Under the pieces are notes generated by a model. The model was not told the origin of the DNA. It ran no database searches and worked only from the letters and a program-made list of their open reading frames with translations. Positions 1-8,719 of a stretch of DNA of 16,478 nucleotides are shown in pieces (the stretch's first letter is position 1; every line of letters begins with the position of its first letter). Origin of the DNA: a virus (Duplodnaviria; Heunggongvirae; Uroviricota; Caudoviricetes); IMG/VR virus record IMGVR_UViG_2802429235_000005, positions 1 through 16,478 of that record; one strand, given 5' to 3'. The position numbers and the translations under genes were made by a program.

Positions 1-792
1 ATGTCCTTAAATGGAGTCAGTGCTGCGATGCGTGAACGGGTATCGCAACAGTTAAAGGAAATTGAACGGCGGTATGGTGTGAAAGTGCTGTACGCCTGCG
101 AATCAGGGAGTCGCGGCTGGGGATTTGCTTCGCCAGACAGCGATTATGATGTGCGTTTTTTGTATGTTCATCCGCTGGAATGGTATCTGCGGGTGGAGTC
201 GCCGCGCGATGTTATCGAACTGCCCATCGACGACGAGTTGGATGTTTCAGGCTGGGAGTGGCGTAAGGCGCTGGGATTATTGAAAGGCGCGAACCCGACG
301 CTGATTGAATGGCTGGACTCACCGGTGGTCTATCAGCAAGACGAAGAAACGATAACGGCGCTAAAAGCAATGGTGCCAAAGTGGTTTTCTCCGCTACGTG
401 CGCGCTGGCATTATTATTCGATGGCACGGAAAAACTTTCGTGGTTATTTGCAGGGCGACGAAGTTCGGCTGAAAAAATACTTTTACGTACTGCGCCCGCT
501 ATTGGCTGTGCGCTGGGTCGAATCGGGTAAAGGTGTGCCGCCAATGCGCTTTGCCGAGCTACTGGCGGGAAGCGAACTTGATGCGCCGTTACGCGCAGAA
601 ATAGACGAATTGCTGGAACGTAAACAGCGCGCAGGAGAAGCGGAATATGGTCCGCGCTGTCCATTGCTACATGCGTTTATTCGTGCAGAACTGGCGCGTG
701 GAGAAATTCCACCGATGTTACCGGACAGCAGAGACGGAGATGTTCGGGAGCTAGATAATTTGCTGTATCAAACAGTAATGCGCCGGGCATAA
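1..792 (+). CDS. Predicted Pol-beta superfamily nucleotidyltransferase (COG3541/PF10127-like)
   Basis: 263-aa ORF starting at window position 1 (true start may lie here or upstream). N-terminal 'ESGSRGWGFASPDSDYDVRF' fits the G-S-x(9-13)-D-x-D nucleotidyltransferase signature. Stop TAA 790-792 sits in the loop of GC hairpin 781-801. Convergent to the tail operon. Confidence 0.65.
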   Translation: MSLNGVSAAMRERVSQQLKEIERRYGVKVLYACESGSRGWGFASPDSDYDVRFLYVHPLEWYLRVESPRDVIELPIDDELDVSGWEWRKALGLLKGANPTLIEWLDSPVVYQQDEETITALKAMVPKWFSPLRARWHYYSMARKNFRGYLQGDEVRLKKYFYVLRPLLAVRWVESGKGVPPMRFAELLAGSELDAPLRAEIDELLERKQRAGEAEYGPRCPLLHAFIRAELARGEIPPMLPDSRDGDVRELDNLLYQTVMRRA

Positions 793-801
793 AGCCCGGC
801 G
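781..801. terminator. GC-rich hairpin between convergent genes (8-bp perfect stem cgccgggc/gcccggcg, 5-nt loop); likely intrinsic terminator for the plus-strand gene
   Basis: Perfect inverted repeat 781-788/794-801 followed on the plus strand by tgatttatt (U-rich). Contains the stop codon of the 1-792 ORF. Lies just past the stop (808-806) of the last minus-strand gene. Confidence 0.55.
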
Positions 802-805
802 TGAT

Positions 806-1261
806 TTATTGCTGGTATTGCCAACTGCTGACTAAAGCGTACAAGTGGTTTGGAGAATAGCGCCAGCTTTCCTTCAGTTGCAGAAATTCAGCACAAAATT
901 CACTGCAAAACAGGCGATCGCGCTGTTCTTTATTACCGGTAATAATTCCTAATGCTCCGCGCCAGTCATATTTCTTGCCATCATGTTTACGGAAAAAAGT
1001 TTCCACATCCTGAAGGCTGGCCTGGAGCGGCAGCATATCCCACTTATCCGCTGGCAATGGCATTATCTTTCCGCGTACACCGCGATCGCGCAGTGATGCA
1101 GAGTAACAAAGGTAACTCTTTTCACCATGCGCCACGGCTAATTCACAGTGGGAATAACTACCGTGTGTGATTTTACGGGTAAGCCAGTCAGCCAGTCGGG
1201 CAATACCACGGTGCTCTGTTCGGCCCTTATAACAAGCGAGCCAGACAGTGGTTTTACTCAT
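806..1261 (-). CDS. Hypothetical cargo protein; possible permuted NlpC/P60-type (YaeF/YiiX-like) Cys/His hydrolase
   Basis: 151-aa ORF whose ATG (1261-1259) overlaps the TGA of the upstream fibre chaperone (ATGA coupling). Motifs 'GSYSHCELAV' (S-H) and 'LFCSEFCAEF' (C-S-E) occur in the His-then-Cys order seen in permuted papain-fold amidases. Family assignment is by eye only. Confidence 0.5.
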   Translation of the reverse strand: MSKTTVWLACYKGRTEHRGIARLADWLTRKITHGSYSHCELAVAHGEKSYLCYSASLRDRGVRGKIMPLPADKWDMLPLQASLQDVETFFRKHDGKKYDWRGALGIITGNKEQRDRLFCSEFCAEFLQLKESWRYSPNHLYALVSSWQYQQ

Positions 1262-1965
1262 GGTTGCCAGCCTGTGGAGTAATCGTAGTCGAGCACCGCC
1301 TGAATATCGTCCAGAGCTTCCACCGCCGCGATATGACGCTGGGCGTTGGCGAACAGGCGCATATCGTGATCCATTGTTACCGATTCAAACTGAGCGGCGA
1401 TTTCGTTGGTTAACTCAATCAGACCGTTATTTTTAGTTTTCCACATTAAACCTGGAAGGATTTTTTTCTCCGCTCCCATTTTAGTGAGCGAGAGCTGTTG
1501 GATACGGCTATTTGTATCACTGTGGAAATGATGGTTGTTGATGATGATGTAATCGGTTGTGATGGCATCGCGTTGATTTTTGATTGCAGAGTATTTCGCC
1601 TCTTTAGCATCAGTTATGGATGGTTGCCATTTTTCACCATCCCAACGTTCAAAAGAACCTGTTGGGGAAATGATGGTGACAGTTTCAGGTAATTGGCCCA
1701 ATTCTTGAGTAATAAGCTGGCTACCATCAACTTTGTTATAAACAGTTTGCCCGCGATGATCTTCAATGAGCTCCCATTTTTCATTCACCCAAACAGGAGT
1801 AAAACCTGAAACCTTTTCGGGTGGTGAATTTAATGTGCAATGATTTGGCAAACCTGTATTAGGTGCAATGTATGCATCAGACTCACCGATATATTCTTGG
1901 GTGTCTTGTGAAAAGTTATAAACAGTCAGTATTTGAGCTTCATCGGAAAATGTAAAAGTATTCAT
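1258..1965 (-). CDS. Tail fibre assembly chaperone (P2 gpG / Mu gpU functional analogue)
   Basis: 235-aa ORF immediately downstream of the tail fibre gene with ATGA overlap (fibre stop 1964-1962, ATG 1965-1963). Position and size are typical for a fibre chaperone. Sequence looks more AT-rich than the baseplate genes. Confidence 0.6.
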   Translation of the reverse strand: MNTFTFSDEAQILTVYNFSQDTQEYIGESDAYIAPNTGLPNHCTLNSPPEKVSGFTPVWVNEKWELIEDHRGQTVYNKVDGSQLITQELGQLPETVTIISPTGSFERWDGEKWQPSITDAKEAKYSAIKNQRDAITTDYIIINNHHFHSDTNSRIQQLSLTKMGAEKKILPGLMWKTKNNGLIELTNEIAAQFESVTMDHDMRLFANAQRHIAAVEALDDIQAVLDYDYSTGWQP

Positions 1966-3542
1966 GCTAGCCTCACAATATAATTGAATGCGATATTTTT
2001 AACGGTGTTTTCGGTATTGCCGGTATTATTAATGGTTATAGAGTGGTTATGGGCCCCAAGTGCAATTGAATGTGAATGGGTGCCGAGAGTAACAGTGTGC
2101 GAATGGGAACCAATTGTAATACTATGAGCGTGTGATGGAACATTAATAGCCAAAGATGATCCGGTACCAGGGCCATATGATGTCCAGTCGCCTTGGCCCT
2201 CTGGTGAAGATGTCCCTGTTCTTACTGTTGCAGTTGCCGAGCCTGAGCCAGATGAACTTGTTTTTTTATTACCATAGTTAAATGCTGATGTAGTTTTAGT
2301 ACCCAAGTCTGTTAAAACTGTGGTTTTCGTCCCTAAATCAGTATTCGAAATACTACCCGTATGGTTGTGCGATTTAACCCCATCCAGTTCAGTAGATAAT
2401 ATATTACGCCCACTGCTGGGTTTCCCTTTAATTATCCATCCACGCATATCAGGAATAACGCCAGATGGATATGCAATTGCCAGTTTGGGATATGAGGCTT
2501 TATTAAATGTCTGACCTGTCATCAGGGCGTAGCCAGAAGGTACAGAATCAGACGGCCAGGGAATAGGCATCCCTACAGGACAGCTTTCCGCAGCAATAGC
2601 CTTATCCATCGCTGCCTTAACCGCATTTGGTGTTGCAGCTTCCGTCGTACTGGTGCTGTTGGTCGCATTATTAAGCTTCACGACCCCTTTTTGTGTCAGC
2701 GTACTGTCGGGGATACCTGTTATTTGCCCCCAGGCATGGGTATGGCTGGCAGGTGCCGCAGCATTGGCCTTATCCATTGCGGCCTTAACCGCACTTGGCG
2801 TTGCAGCTTCCGCCGTACTGGTGCTATTTGTCGTGTTGTTAAGTTTAACGATCCCTTTCTGCGTCAGCGTACCGTCAGGGATACCAGTAATCTGATTCCA
2901 GGCATGAGTATGACTAGTGGCGGCTTTACTATTTGCCAGGTCATATGCCGCTTTTACCGCTTTTGGCGTGGCCGCTTTGGTTTCATCATCGCTATTGGTC
3001 GCATTACTCAGCAGCGTAAAACCTTTCTGCGTCAGCGTCGCATCAGGATGATTCCGTGATTGTTGATGTTCTTTCAGCGTTTCATCGACATATTCTCTGG
3101 TTGCTATAACGACTGAAGGGTCGATCAAAAGCGTCACCGCGTCAGCATTGGTCACTTCCATAACTGCGCGAATAACAATTTGCTTACTGGCACCCGCAGG
3201 TAATAGCGGTTTATAGGTTTCCGGAAATTTGCCAATAGCAACTAGTGTGCCGTCAGCATCCAGTAGCCCAACCTCGCGGACGTACCAGCCACCTACTTGT
3301 TCAGGAATAATCGTCTCTGCGATAACCCAGGCTGGATTATCAGGCGCAATTTTTAAGGTATTTAGTTGCCCACGCCAGACTTCATGCACAACTTTGGTTT
3401 GACTTTCTGTCGGCTCGACATAATGACCATTGCCATCGCCGACCACCATAGTTTGTAGGCGGATCTGTTTTTGCTCCGCCAGCGCAGAGGCAATTTTTGA
3501 TTTGCCTGCGGTGGTTAATATTGTAAAAAATTCACTTGCCAT
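1962..3542 (-). CDS. Tail fibre protein (P2 gpH-like N-terminal anchor, central tandem repeats, C-terminal HxH-rich tip)
   Basis: 526 aa. N-terminus '[37 protein letters not shown]...EVWRGQL' resembles the conserved P2 gpH-type fibre N-terminus. Three ~56-aa tandem repeats ('TLTQKG..L.NATNS...AATP.AVKAA.D.A'). C-terminal '[35 protein letters not shown]'. Confidence 0.9.
   Translation of the reverse strand: MASEFFTILTTAGKSKIASALAEQKQIRLQTMVVGDGNGHYVEPTESQTKVVHEVWRGQLNTLKIAPDNPAWVIAETIIPEQVGGWYVREVGLLDADGTLVAIGKFPETYKPLLPAGASKQIVIRAVMEVTNADAVTLLIDPSVVIATREYVDETLKEHQQSRNHPDATLTQKGFTLLSNATNSDDETKAATPKAVKAAYDLANSKAATSHTHAWNQITGIPDGTLTQKGIVKLNNTTNSTSTAEAATPSAVKAAMDKANAAAPASHTHAWGQITGIPDSTLTQKGVVKLNNATNSTSTTEAATPNAVKAAMDKAIAAESCPVGMPIPWPSDSVPSGYALMTGQTFNKASYPKLAIAYPSGVIPDMRGWIIKGKPSSGRNILSTELDGVKSHNHTGSISNTDLGTKTTVLTDLGTKTTSAFNYGNKKTSSSGSGSATATVRTGTSSPEGQGDWTSYGPGTGSSLAINVPSHAHSITIGSHSHTVTLGTHSHSIALGAHNHSITINNTGNTENTVKNIAFNYIVRLA
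2583..3044 (-). repeat. In-frame tandem repeats (about 168 nt, 2.75 copies) inside the tail fibre gene
   Basis: Protein residues 167-320 form three consecutive copies of the same motif. The same periodicity shows up in the antisense plus-strand ORF 2653-2895 ('[14 protein letters not shown] ... [15 protein letters not shown]'). Confidence 0.85.
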
Positions 3543-3544
3543 AC

Positions 3545-4261
3545 TTACTCCGGGTATACAGACATAATTTCGGTACTCCAGTATCCTGTGCCGACATGAA
3601 TCGGTTGGGATTGTGTAATGCGATCAGGTTGATACGGAAAGAGATTTATGTATTCCTCAACACAGTAACCTGTCGCTAAAAATAGTGTCGATGACTGCCA
3701 AATACTCTCCGCAATAGGGGGTAATACAGTAATAACCTCCCCACCCTGGATTGCGCTGCCAATAACTGGCATTTGACTTTGGTTAATAAGCCAGATGGTA
3801 ATGCTTTCAAGTTTTGAACGAACATTTTTATATTCGTGAATTAATGCGATAAGTGCATTAAATTCATCTTCATTTAATCCTTTTTCCTCTAGTGTAATAT
3901 CAACCTTAAAAAAATAAGCCTTCCCCCCATATTCAAACCATTCTGAAATAGTTCCTGGTAGCGAAAGTATTTCCAGCACCCGCCGTACCGCCCAAATCGT
4001 TCCTTTATATTTATGCAGCTCAATGGCTTGCTTAATTAACTCGCGCTTCTCCCGTTCATCAGTGGTAAATAACCAACCTTCCAGCCCCTGAACGTGAAAT
4101 TGTTCTGCAAGCGTAGGCAAAGCCGAAGCATCAACCAGGTCTACCAGATAAACCATCAACGCCGTCAGATCGAGTTGGGCAAAACGCTCGGCAGCGATAT
4201 TTGCCAGAGTTGAAAAACGCTCATCGCTGGCAAGCGGCGGTGGCGGCAGCAATTTATCCAT
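3545..4261 (-). CDS. Baseplate protein, P2 gpI-like (Mu gp48 position)
   Basis: Sits between the gpJ-like and fibre genes. Internal '[26 protein letters not shown]' block and C-terminal '...GGEVITVLP' match the gpI pattern. ORF track start 4276 is TTG; ATG at 4261 has a GGAG 6 nt upstream, so 4261 is preferred. Stop TAA 3547-3545. Confidence 0.7.
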   Translation of the reverse strand: MDKLLPPPPLASDERFSTLANIAAERFAQLDLTALMVYLVDLVDASALPTLAEQFHVQGLEGWLFTTDEREKRELIKQAIELHKYKGTIWAVRRVLEILSLPGTISEWFEYGGKAYFFKVDITLEEKGLNEDEFNALIALIHEYKNVRSKLESITIWLINQSQMPVIGSAIQGGEVITVLPPIAESIWQSSTLFLATGYCVEEYINLFPYQPDRITQSQPIHVGTGYWSTEIMSVYPE

Positions 4262-5369
4262 CGCTGACTCCGGCAATCGTGACGTCTATCGCGGTGCATT
4301 CCGCCCACTCATGCGCCTGCAAAATACGTTTTGTAGGCATATTCAGCGCAACGTCATAAACACCATCGACTTGTAACACTTTGATTATCTGGTTTGGCAC
4401 AATGTCCTGTCCCAGATGTGTTTGGCGCTGTTGCGTCCAGAGGCTAATCGCTTTATGCGCCTCAGCCAGCGTTGTTTCCTGATCGGCGGTGGTAAACAGC
4501 GTGAGCTGCGCACGGATCTCATACGGCACCCTAACGGCGCATTTCGCACTTACTTTGTCGGTCAGCGGACGTTTTTTCTCCTTGCTAACCTCCAGTTCAA
4601 TTTGCGCGAGCAGTTCCACGCCCGGCAGACCATTCAGCGTTAGCGGGTAGATCTCCACGCAGCCTTCTGGTAATCCTTCGTCCGGCCCCAGTACCGCGAC
4701 GTCAATAATCGACTGGCTTACGGAAAGCGTATGAAAGCGGTAGGCACCATAGCTGCCCGCATTGCTGAAACTTTCCGGCGCCAGTTGGATCCGCTGGCGT
4801 AGTGCGTCATCGCTCTCTTCACCGCAGCCGCCGGTTGAGGCCGTCAGGTTGGTCACGCTGATATCGTAATAACCAATCCTGTCAACAAGGGCGCTAATCT
4901 GTGCAGGCTGCCAGCCATTGCCCGCTTCGCCTGTTGCCAGACTGGTGGCGGGAACGGCGATATGCAAACTTCCCGCCGGAATCAGAACATCTTCATCGGT
5001 AGCAAACATCACGCTGTCAGAGGCGCTGGCACGTGTTCCTTGTGGAATTAGAATGTTATTTCGATTCTTACTGGCTACCGAAAACTGCAACGTGGTTTTT
5101 GCCGGTTGTGCAGGTAAGCGGTGAACGCCCACCAGCTCACCTAAATAATCCAGCATTGGCGCGCGGGAATACGCGACCAGATTCTGTTTCGCCGCTTCCT
5201 GAATGGCGATGCGTACAAGGTTTTCACGATAGGCAAAAAGGTCAATCAGCAACCGCTCGGCCTGTGCCGGGTAGAGCTTTTTGCCGCTGGCATCTTCATA
5301 CTGCGCAATCATCTCGCTGGTAATTTGCGCAGGATCGCGGTCAATAAAATCGGGTTCGGCTATCGCCAT
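4254..5369 (-). CDS. Baseplate wedge protein, P2 gpJ-like (Baseplate_J family)
   Basis: 371 aa. ATG 5369 preceded by GGAGGTG. Overlaps the gpW end by 10 nt and the gpI start by 8 nt. Conserved gene order W-J-I. Confidence 0.8.
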   Translation of the reverse strand: MAIAEPDFIDRDPAQITSEMIAQYEDASGKKLYPAQAERLLIDLFAYRENLVRIAIQEAAKQNLVAYSRAPMLDYLGELVGVHRLPAQPAKTTLQFSVASKNRNNILIPQGTRASASDSVMFATDEDVLIPAGSLHIAVPATSLATGEAGNGWQPAQISALVDRIGYYDISVTNLTASTGGCGEESDDALRQRIQLAPESFSNAGSYGAYRFHTLSVSQSIIDVAVLGPDEGLPEGCVEIYPLTLNGLPGVELLAQIELEVSKEKKRPLTDKVSAKCAVRVPYEIRAQLTLFTTADQETTLAEAHKAISLWTQQRQTHLGQDIVPNQIIKVLQVDGVYDVALNMPTKRILQAHEWAECTAIDVTIAGVSDG

Positions 5370-5719
5370 AACACCTCCGTTGAGTTGATTACGCCGTCAG
5401 CGGCGCGCCATTGCACACGTAACGTCAGATGTTCCCCGTCGATTACCGGTGTCACCTTCAGCAACCGGCAGCGCGGTTCCCACTGGCGGATGGCCTCTAC
5501 CGACTCCCTTACCACATGCGGAATCGCCCGCTCGATGGGATAATCGATGTAGTGCCACAAGTTGCTGCCAAACAGCGGTCTGTGGGGATCACTGCCGCGC
5601 GGTGTGCGCAGAATGATGTGTATTGCCTGGTGAATATCATCCAGTCCGCAGACGTATTCTTCAGGCCGCTGCAAGGCTGGTTGCCAGTGCAGCGTAGAGG
5701 GGCGTGTTGTCGTGTTCAT
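5360..5719 (-). CDS. Baseplate protein, P2 gpW / T4 gp25-like
   Basis: 119-aa ORF directly upstream of the gpJ-like gene. Size and the 'LFGSNLWHYIDYP' region fit the gpW/gp25 family. Confidence 0.75.
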   Translation of the reverse strand: MNTTTRPSTLHWQPALQRPEEYVCGLDDIHQAIHIILRTPRGSDPHRPLFGSNLWHYIDYPIERAIPHVVRESVEAIRQWEPRCRLLKVTPVIDGEHLTLRVQWRAADGVINSTEVLWR

Positions 5720-5780
5720 GAGGGTATTTTCGCCCTGAACAGGCGGCGGGGATATTAAAGCGATTTAAAAAACTGATTGA

Positions 5781-5812
5781 TTAAAAAGAGAAAACCCGCC
5801 ATCAGGCGGGTT
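5781..5812 (-). terminator. Intrinsic terminator-like hairpin plus U-tract between the gpV-like and gpW-like genes
   Basis: Minus-strand RNA reads TGA-cguuu-AACCCGCC-ugau-GGCGGGUU-UUCUCUUUUUAA: 8-bp GC-rich stem (plus-strand 5793-5800/5805-5812), 4-nt loop, then a U-rich run. Confidence 0.55.
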
Positions 5813-5817
5813 AAACG

Positions 5818-6519
5818 TCAGTGTGAATGGTGGTTGGAGTTGCCACCGCTGTCCTGCAATGTGCCGCTGGCCTGAACGTTACCAATCACATTAACATTGC
5901 CAGTTATCGTGGCGGCGTTGCCGATGCCTCCACTTCCTGCCATGCCACCAAGCCAGGTGAGTTTTTTCATCACTGTGACGTTGCCGGTAAAGGTGCTCAT
6001 GGGCGCATCTACCGTCACTGCTGCCGCTTTAACATCGACCTTACTGGCTTCAATGCTGACATCGGTGGCTTTCACATCAACAGTGTCGGAAGTCACGGTG
6101 ACGTGTTGGGCTTTAACCTCAACGTTGGGCGATGTCAGGCTGGTACGGTCAATAACCTCAATCACGATTTTTTCGATGCCACCATTAATCGTAAGCTGGT
6201 GGGTGCTGCGGTCATATTCAAACGCTGCGCCATCAGAAAACTGGACATAGCGTTTGTCGCGCGATGCTACTGGCGCGGTATCTACCGTTGAATATACTGC
6301 GCCCAGCACCACGCCATCTTCACCGTTATCATCCAGCAGAACTTCCACCTGTTCGCCCATATCCGGTAGCCAGTAATCCTTATTGTCCTGAGAATTGCGC
6401 TGCAGCACCGCAAGCCAGTTACTCTTCAGATTGTCACACTCTGGTAGCGTGACCCGCACCCGAACGCTGGTTTCGTCAATATCGCTGATAATCCCCGTTT
6501 GCCGGGTTACTCCTTTCAT
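5818..6519 (-). CDS. Baseplate hub/spike protein, P2 gpV-like
   Basis: 233 aa. 'DYWLPDMGEQVEVLL' and 'QFSDGAAFEYD' match gpV-type motifs. Followed by V/T-rich beta-helix-like periodic repeats and a His-rich C-terminal tip 'NSNHHSH'. AGGAGG upstream of ATG 6519. Confidence 0.8.
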   Translation of the reverse strand: MKGVTRQTGIISDIDETSVRVRVTLPECDNLKSNWLAVLQRNSQDNKDYWLPDMGEQVEVLLDDNGEDGVVLGAVYSTVDTAPVASRDKRYVQFSDGAAFEYDRSTHQLTINGGIEKIVIEVIDRTSLTSPNVEVKAQHVTVTSDTVDVKATDVSIEASKVDVKAAAVTVDAPMSTFTGNVTVMKKLTWLGGMAGSGGIGNAATITGNVNVIGNVQASGTLQDSGGNSNHHSH

Positions 6520-6528
6520 ATTGCCTCC

Positions 6529-7569
6529 TTACTGGCTGGTCGCTGGCCCGCGTGAAACGTCGATTTCAGTGGTATAGCCGCTGCGCACAAAACTGTGAGT
6601 AGATTTATCAATCAGCCACTGACCGGAAAGCACACCAAAATCGGTTAGCTCGATTTTATTGCCTGCCGTCAGTTCCGGGCAGCCCATCATCCTGAGCGTT
6701 CCGGTTTGTTGATATTCGTTGTGGCTGTCGAGCGCGGCGTTGGCCTTTGCCTGCGCCGCGCCAACGTCCGGCGCCCGACTGTTCAGTTTCAGCGTGTCGG
6801 CACTGGTGCCGACTCCACGGGCAGACGGCTTTTGCTGGCTGTCGTGAGTGTAGATAACCAGTTCTTTTTTCTTACTATTTTGATGCTGTACGGTGGCGTT
6901 TTTGTAGATGCGGTTAATGGTATCTTTGAAGGTGAAATGCGAAACGTCTTTGCGGTCGATCTTTTTCACCGGCGCCAGGCAGCGCAGCGTGGGTAAATGC
7001 GAAAAAATCAGCTCTTTGGTGGTCACCTTTACCGCATAGCCATATTCGCTGGCCAGGCGCTTGAGAAATCCGACATCGGTTTCGCCGTACTGTGTCACCC
7101 GGTCAATCGTCAGCGGCTCGATTTTGCCCACCAGCGTCAGGCCGTGAGTTTGCGCGATACGGCTGGCGATGGCTGAAAGCGTTGTCTCTTCAAAGCCCTG
7201 ACTGTTACGGGTGCGCAGCGCCTGATTGACGGAAGTGGCGATGCCATCAATATTTACCGTGGAAGGTGGTGCTGAAATGTCAATTTTATCAATGATATAT
7301 TGACCACAATCGAGCAGTTTTTCCCCCTGATAACCTATGTGCAGCGCCAGCGTATCGCCTTTGCCGGGATACCACTCTTTTATCCAGCGTCCATCGGTGT
7401 CATCCAGTGTGATCGCGATGGTATCCGACTCGTTTTTAATACTGTCCTGGTAACTGATGCTGGTGACATAAGGCGTGATGTCATAAGTGATATCTTTATG
7501 CCCATACCACAGGGTAAAAATGGGCGCGAGCGTGGCAAAGACGCCGCCAGTTACGCTTATCTCAGCCAT
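6529..7569 (-). CDS. Tail protein, P2 gpD-like (late control D family)
   Basis: 346-aa ORF between the gpX-like and gpV-like genes. Start ATG 7569 overlaps the gpX-like end by 13 nt. Size and position fit gpD / Mu P. Confidence 0.75.
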   Translation of the reverse strand: MAEISVTGGVFATLAPIFTLWYGHKDITYDITPYVTSISYQDSIKNESDTIAITLDDTDGRWIKEWYPGKGDTLALHIGYQGEKLLDCGQYIIDKIDISAPPSTVNIDGIATSVNQALRTRNSQGFEETTLSAIASRIAQTHGLTLVGKIEPLTIDRVTQYGETDVGFLKRLASEYGYAVKVTTKELIFSHLPTLRCLAPVKKIDRKDVSHFTFKDTINRIYKNATVQHQNSKKKELVIYTHDSQQKPSARGVGTSADTLKLNSRAPDVGAAQAKANAALDSHNEYQQTGTLRMMGCPELTAGNKIELTDFGVLSGQWLIDKSTHSFVRSGYTTEIDVSRGPATSQ

Positions 7570-7766
7570 GGTGGGATCTCCGATACGGTCTTGTTGACGG
7601 TAATGACCGGAATAATGAGCTGAATACCGGCAGGCAGTACCGGATAAATGGCGACATGTGGATTGGCGGCGATAATGCGTTCATAAGCCAGTGCATCACC
7701 GTAGTAATGCCATGCCAGGTTATCCCAGCGTTCGCCGTCGGTGGTGATATGTTCAAGGTATCGCAT
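7557..7766 (-). CDS. Tail protein X, P2 gpX-like (LysM-like)
   Basis: 69 aa. 'TTDGERWDNLAWHYYGDALAYERIIAANPHV' follows the gpX pattern (G-D-x-LD ... YYG ... ANP). TAATG overlap with the upstream gene. Confidence 0.7.
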   Translation of the reverse strand: MRYLEHITTDGERWDNLAWHYYGDALAYERIIAANPHVAIYPVLPAGIQLIIPVITVNKTVSEIPPWLR

Positions 7767-8719
7767 TACCAGCTCCTCGTAATGGTCGCGGCAGCGAGCT
7801 GAGTCACTGCGGGAGTGGTTTGCTGTACCGTTGTACGCGCCTGCTCAACCAACGTTGTGGCTTTATCGAAAGTTGCTTCGGCGATGGCGCTGGTGATGCT
7901 GCCAAACAGTTCTTGTGCATGGTCAACCAGTGTCCCGGCGTCTTCGGCACAGTCGCGGATGCCCGGCATGTTACCCAGCAATGCTTTAATCTGCGCCGAC
8001 AACGCTTTTGGTAATCCTGCCAGCGTTTGCAGATCCATCGGCTGTTTAAACAGGGTTTCGATGGCATCAATAGTCTTTTTCAACGACTTAATTATCTTTT
8101 CACACTTTTCTTTTAACGCTTTGGCCTCTTTAATCAGTGCTTTGACCTTTGCCACTGTTTTTTTAATATCTTCAATGGATTGCGCCAGTTCATCGATCAT
8201 CTCTTTGGCTTTGCGCATACCTTCTTCAATGGCGTTCAATATCTGATCCAACCAGGACTCCACCTTGTCCGGAAAATCGCTCGCCTTTTCGTCAATATTA
8301 GGCTCCTGGGTGGTAATCGCCGGGGGCAGGAGTGGGTTTTTCGGATCGCCGGTATACTCCTGGAGCGACATTGTTCCGCTTTGGGCAATGACATTGCCCC
8401 AGGGATCGGTGTGCTGGTGAGTGGCGGTTAACTCTGTAATTACAAACCAGCCGCGATAATCACCGTTGCCAAACACCAGCGCCATTGCTTTGTGGGCAAG
8501 CATGGCTTCACGCAGTCGATTCAGCTCTGTTGTGGGTTGGCAAAACTGGCTGTGCAGGGAAAATTCCAGCGCCAGCATGTCCAGCTTATCGCCAATAAAC
8601 TGCACGCCAGGTTTGCCTTCAATACGGGCATGTGTGGCGTAATCCACGCCCATTGTGCTTTTAAAGCCGTCCCAGAATGTGACAACTTTAAATTCAATCT
8701 CACCTAAAACGGCATACAT
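7766..8719 (-). CDS. Tail protein, P2 gpU / Mu N (DNA-circularisation protein N-domain)-like, with coiled-coil-rich C-terminal half
   Basis: 317-aa ORF immediately after the tape-measure gene (TGATG overlap), the conserved position of gpU/N. The C-terminal half is heptad-like and K/E/A-rich ('KAKEMIDELAQSIEDIKKTVAKVKALIKEAKALKEKCEKIIKSLKK'). Confidence 0.5.
   Translation of the reverse strand: MYAVLGEIEFKVVTFWDGFKSTMGVDYATHARIEGKPGVQFIGDKLDMLALEFSLHSQFCQPTTELNRLREAMLAHKAMALVFGNGDYRGWFVITELTATHQHTDPWGNVIAQSGTMSLQEYTGDPKNPLLPPAITTQEPNIDEKASDFPDKVESWLDQILNAIEEGMRKAKEMIDELAQSIEDIKKTVAKVKALIKEAKALKEKCEKIIKSLKKTIDAIETLFKQPMDLQTLAGLPKALSAQIKALLGNMPGIRDCAEDAGTLVDHAQELFGSITSAIAEATFDKATTLVEQARTTVQQTTPAVTQLAAATITRSW

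Noticed and set aside
2583-3044. Possible CRISPR-like or non-coding repeat array
   Set aside because: The repeats are about 168 nt, in-frame and translate into a repeated protein motif within the tail fibre. There are no short spacer-separated direct repeats, so this is a coding tandem repeat.
806-3542. Invertible tail-fibre segment (Mu G / P1 C / e14 Pin-type host-range switch)
   Set aside because: No inverted duplicate of the fibre C-terminus or chaperone on the opposite strand, and no serine-recombinase (invertase) gene. The region downstream of the chaperone is occupied by the 151-aa cargo gene.
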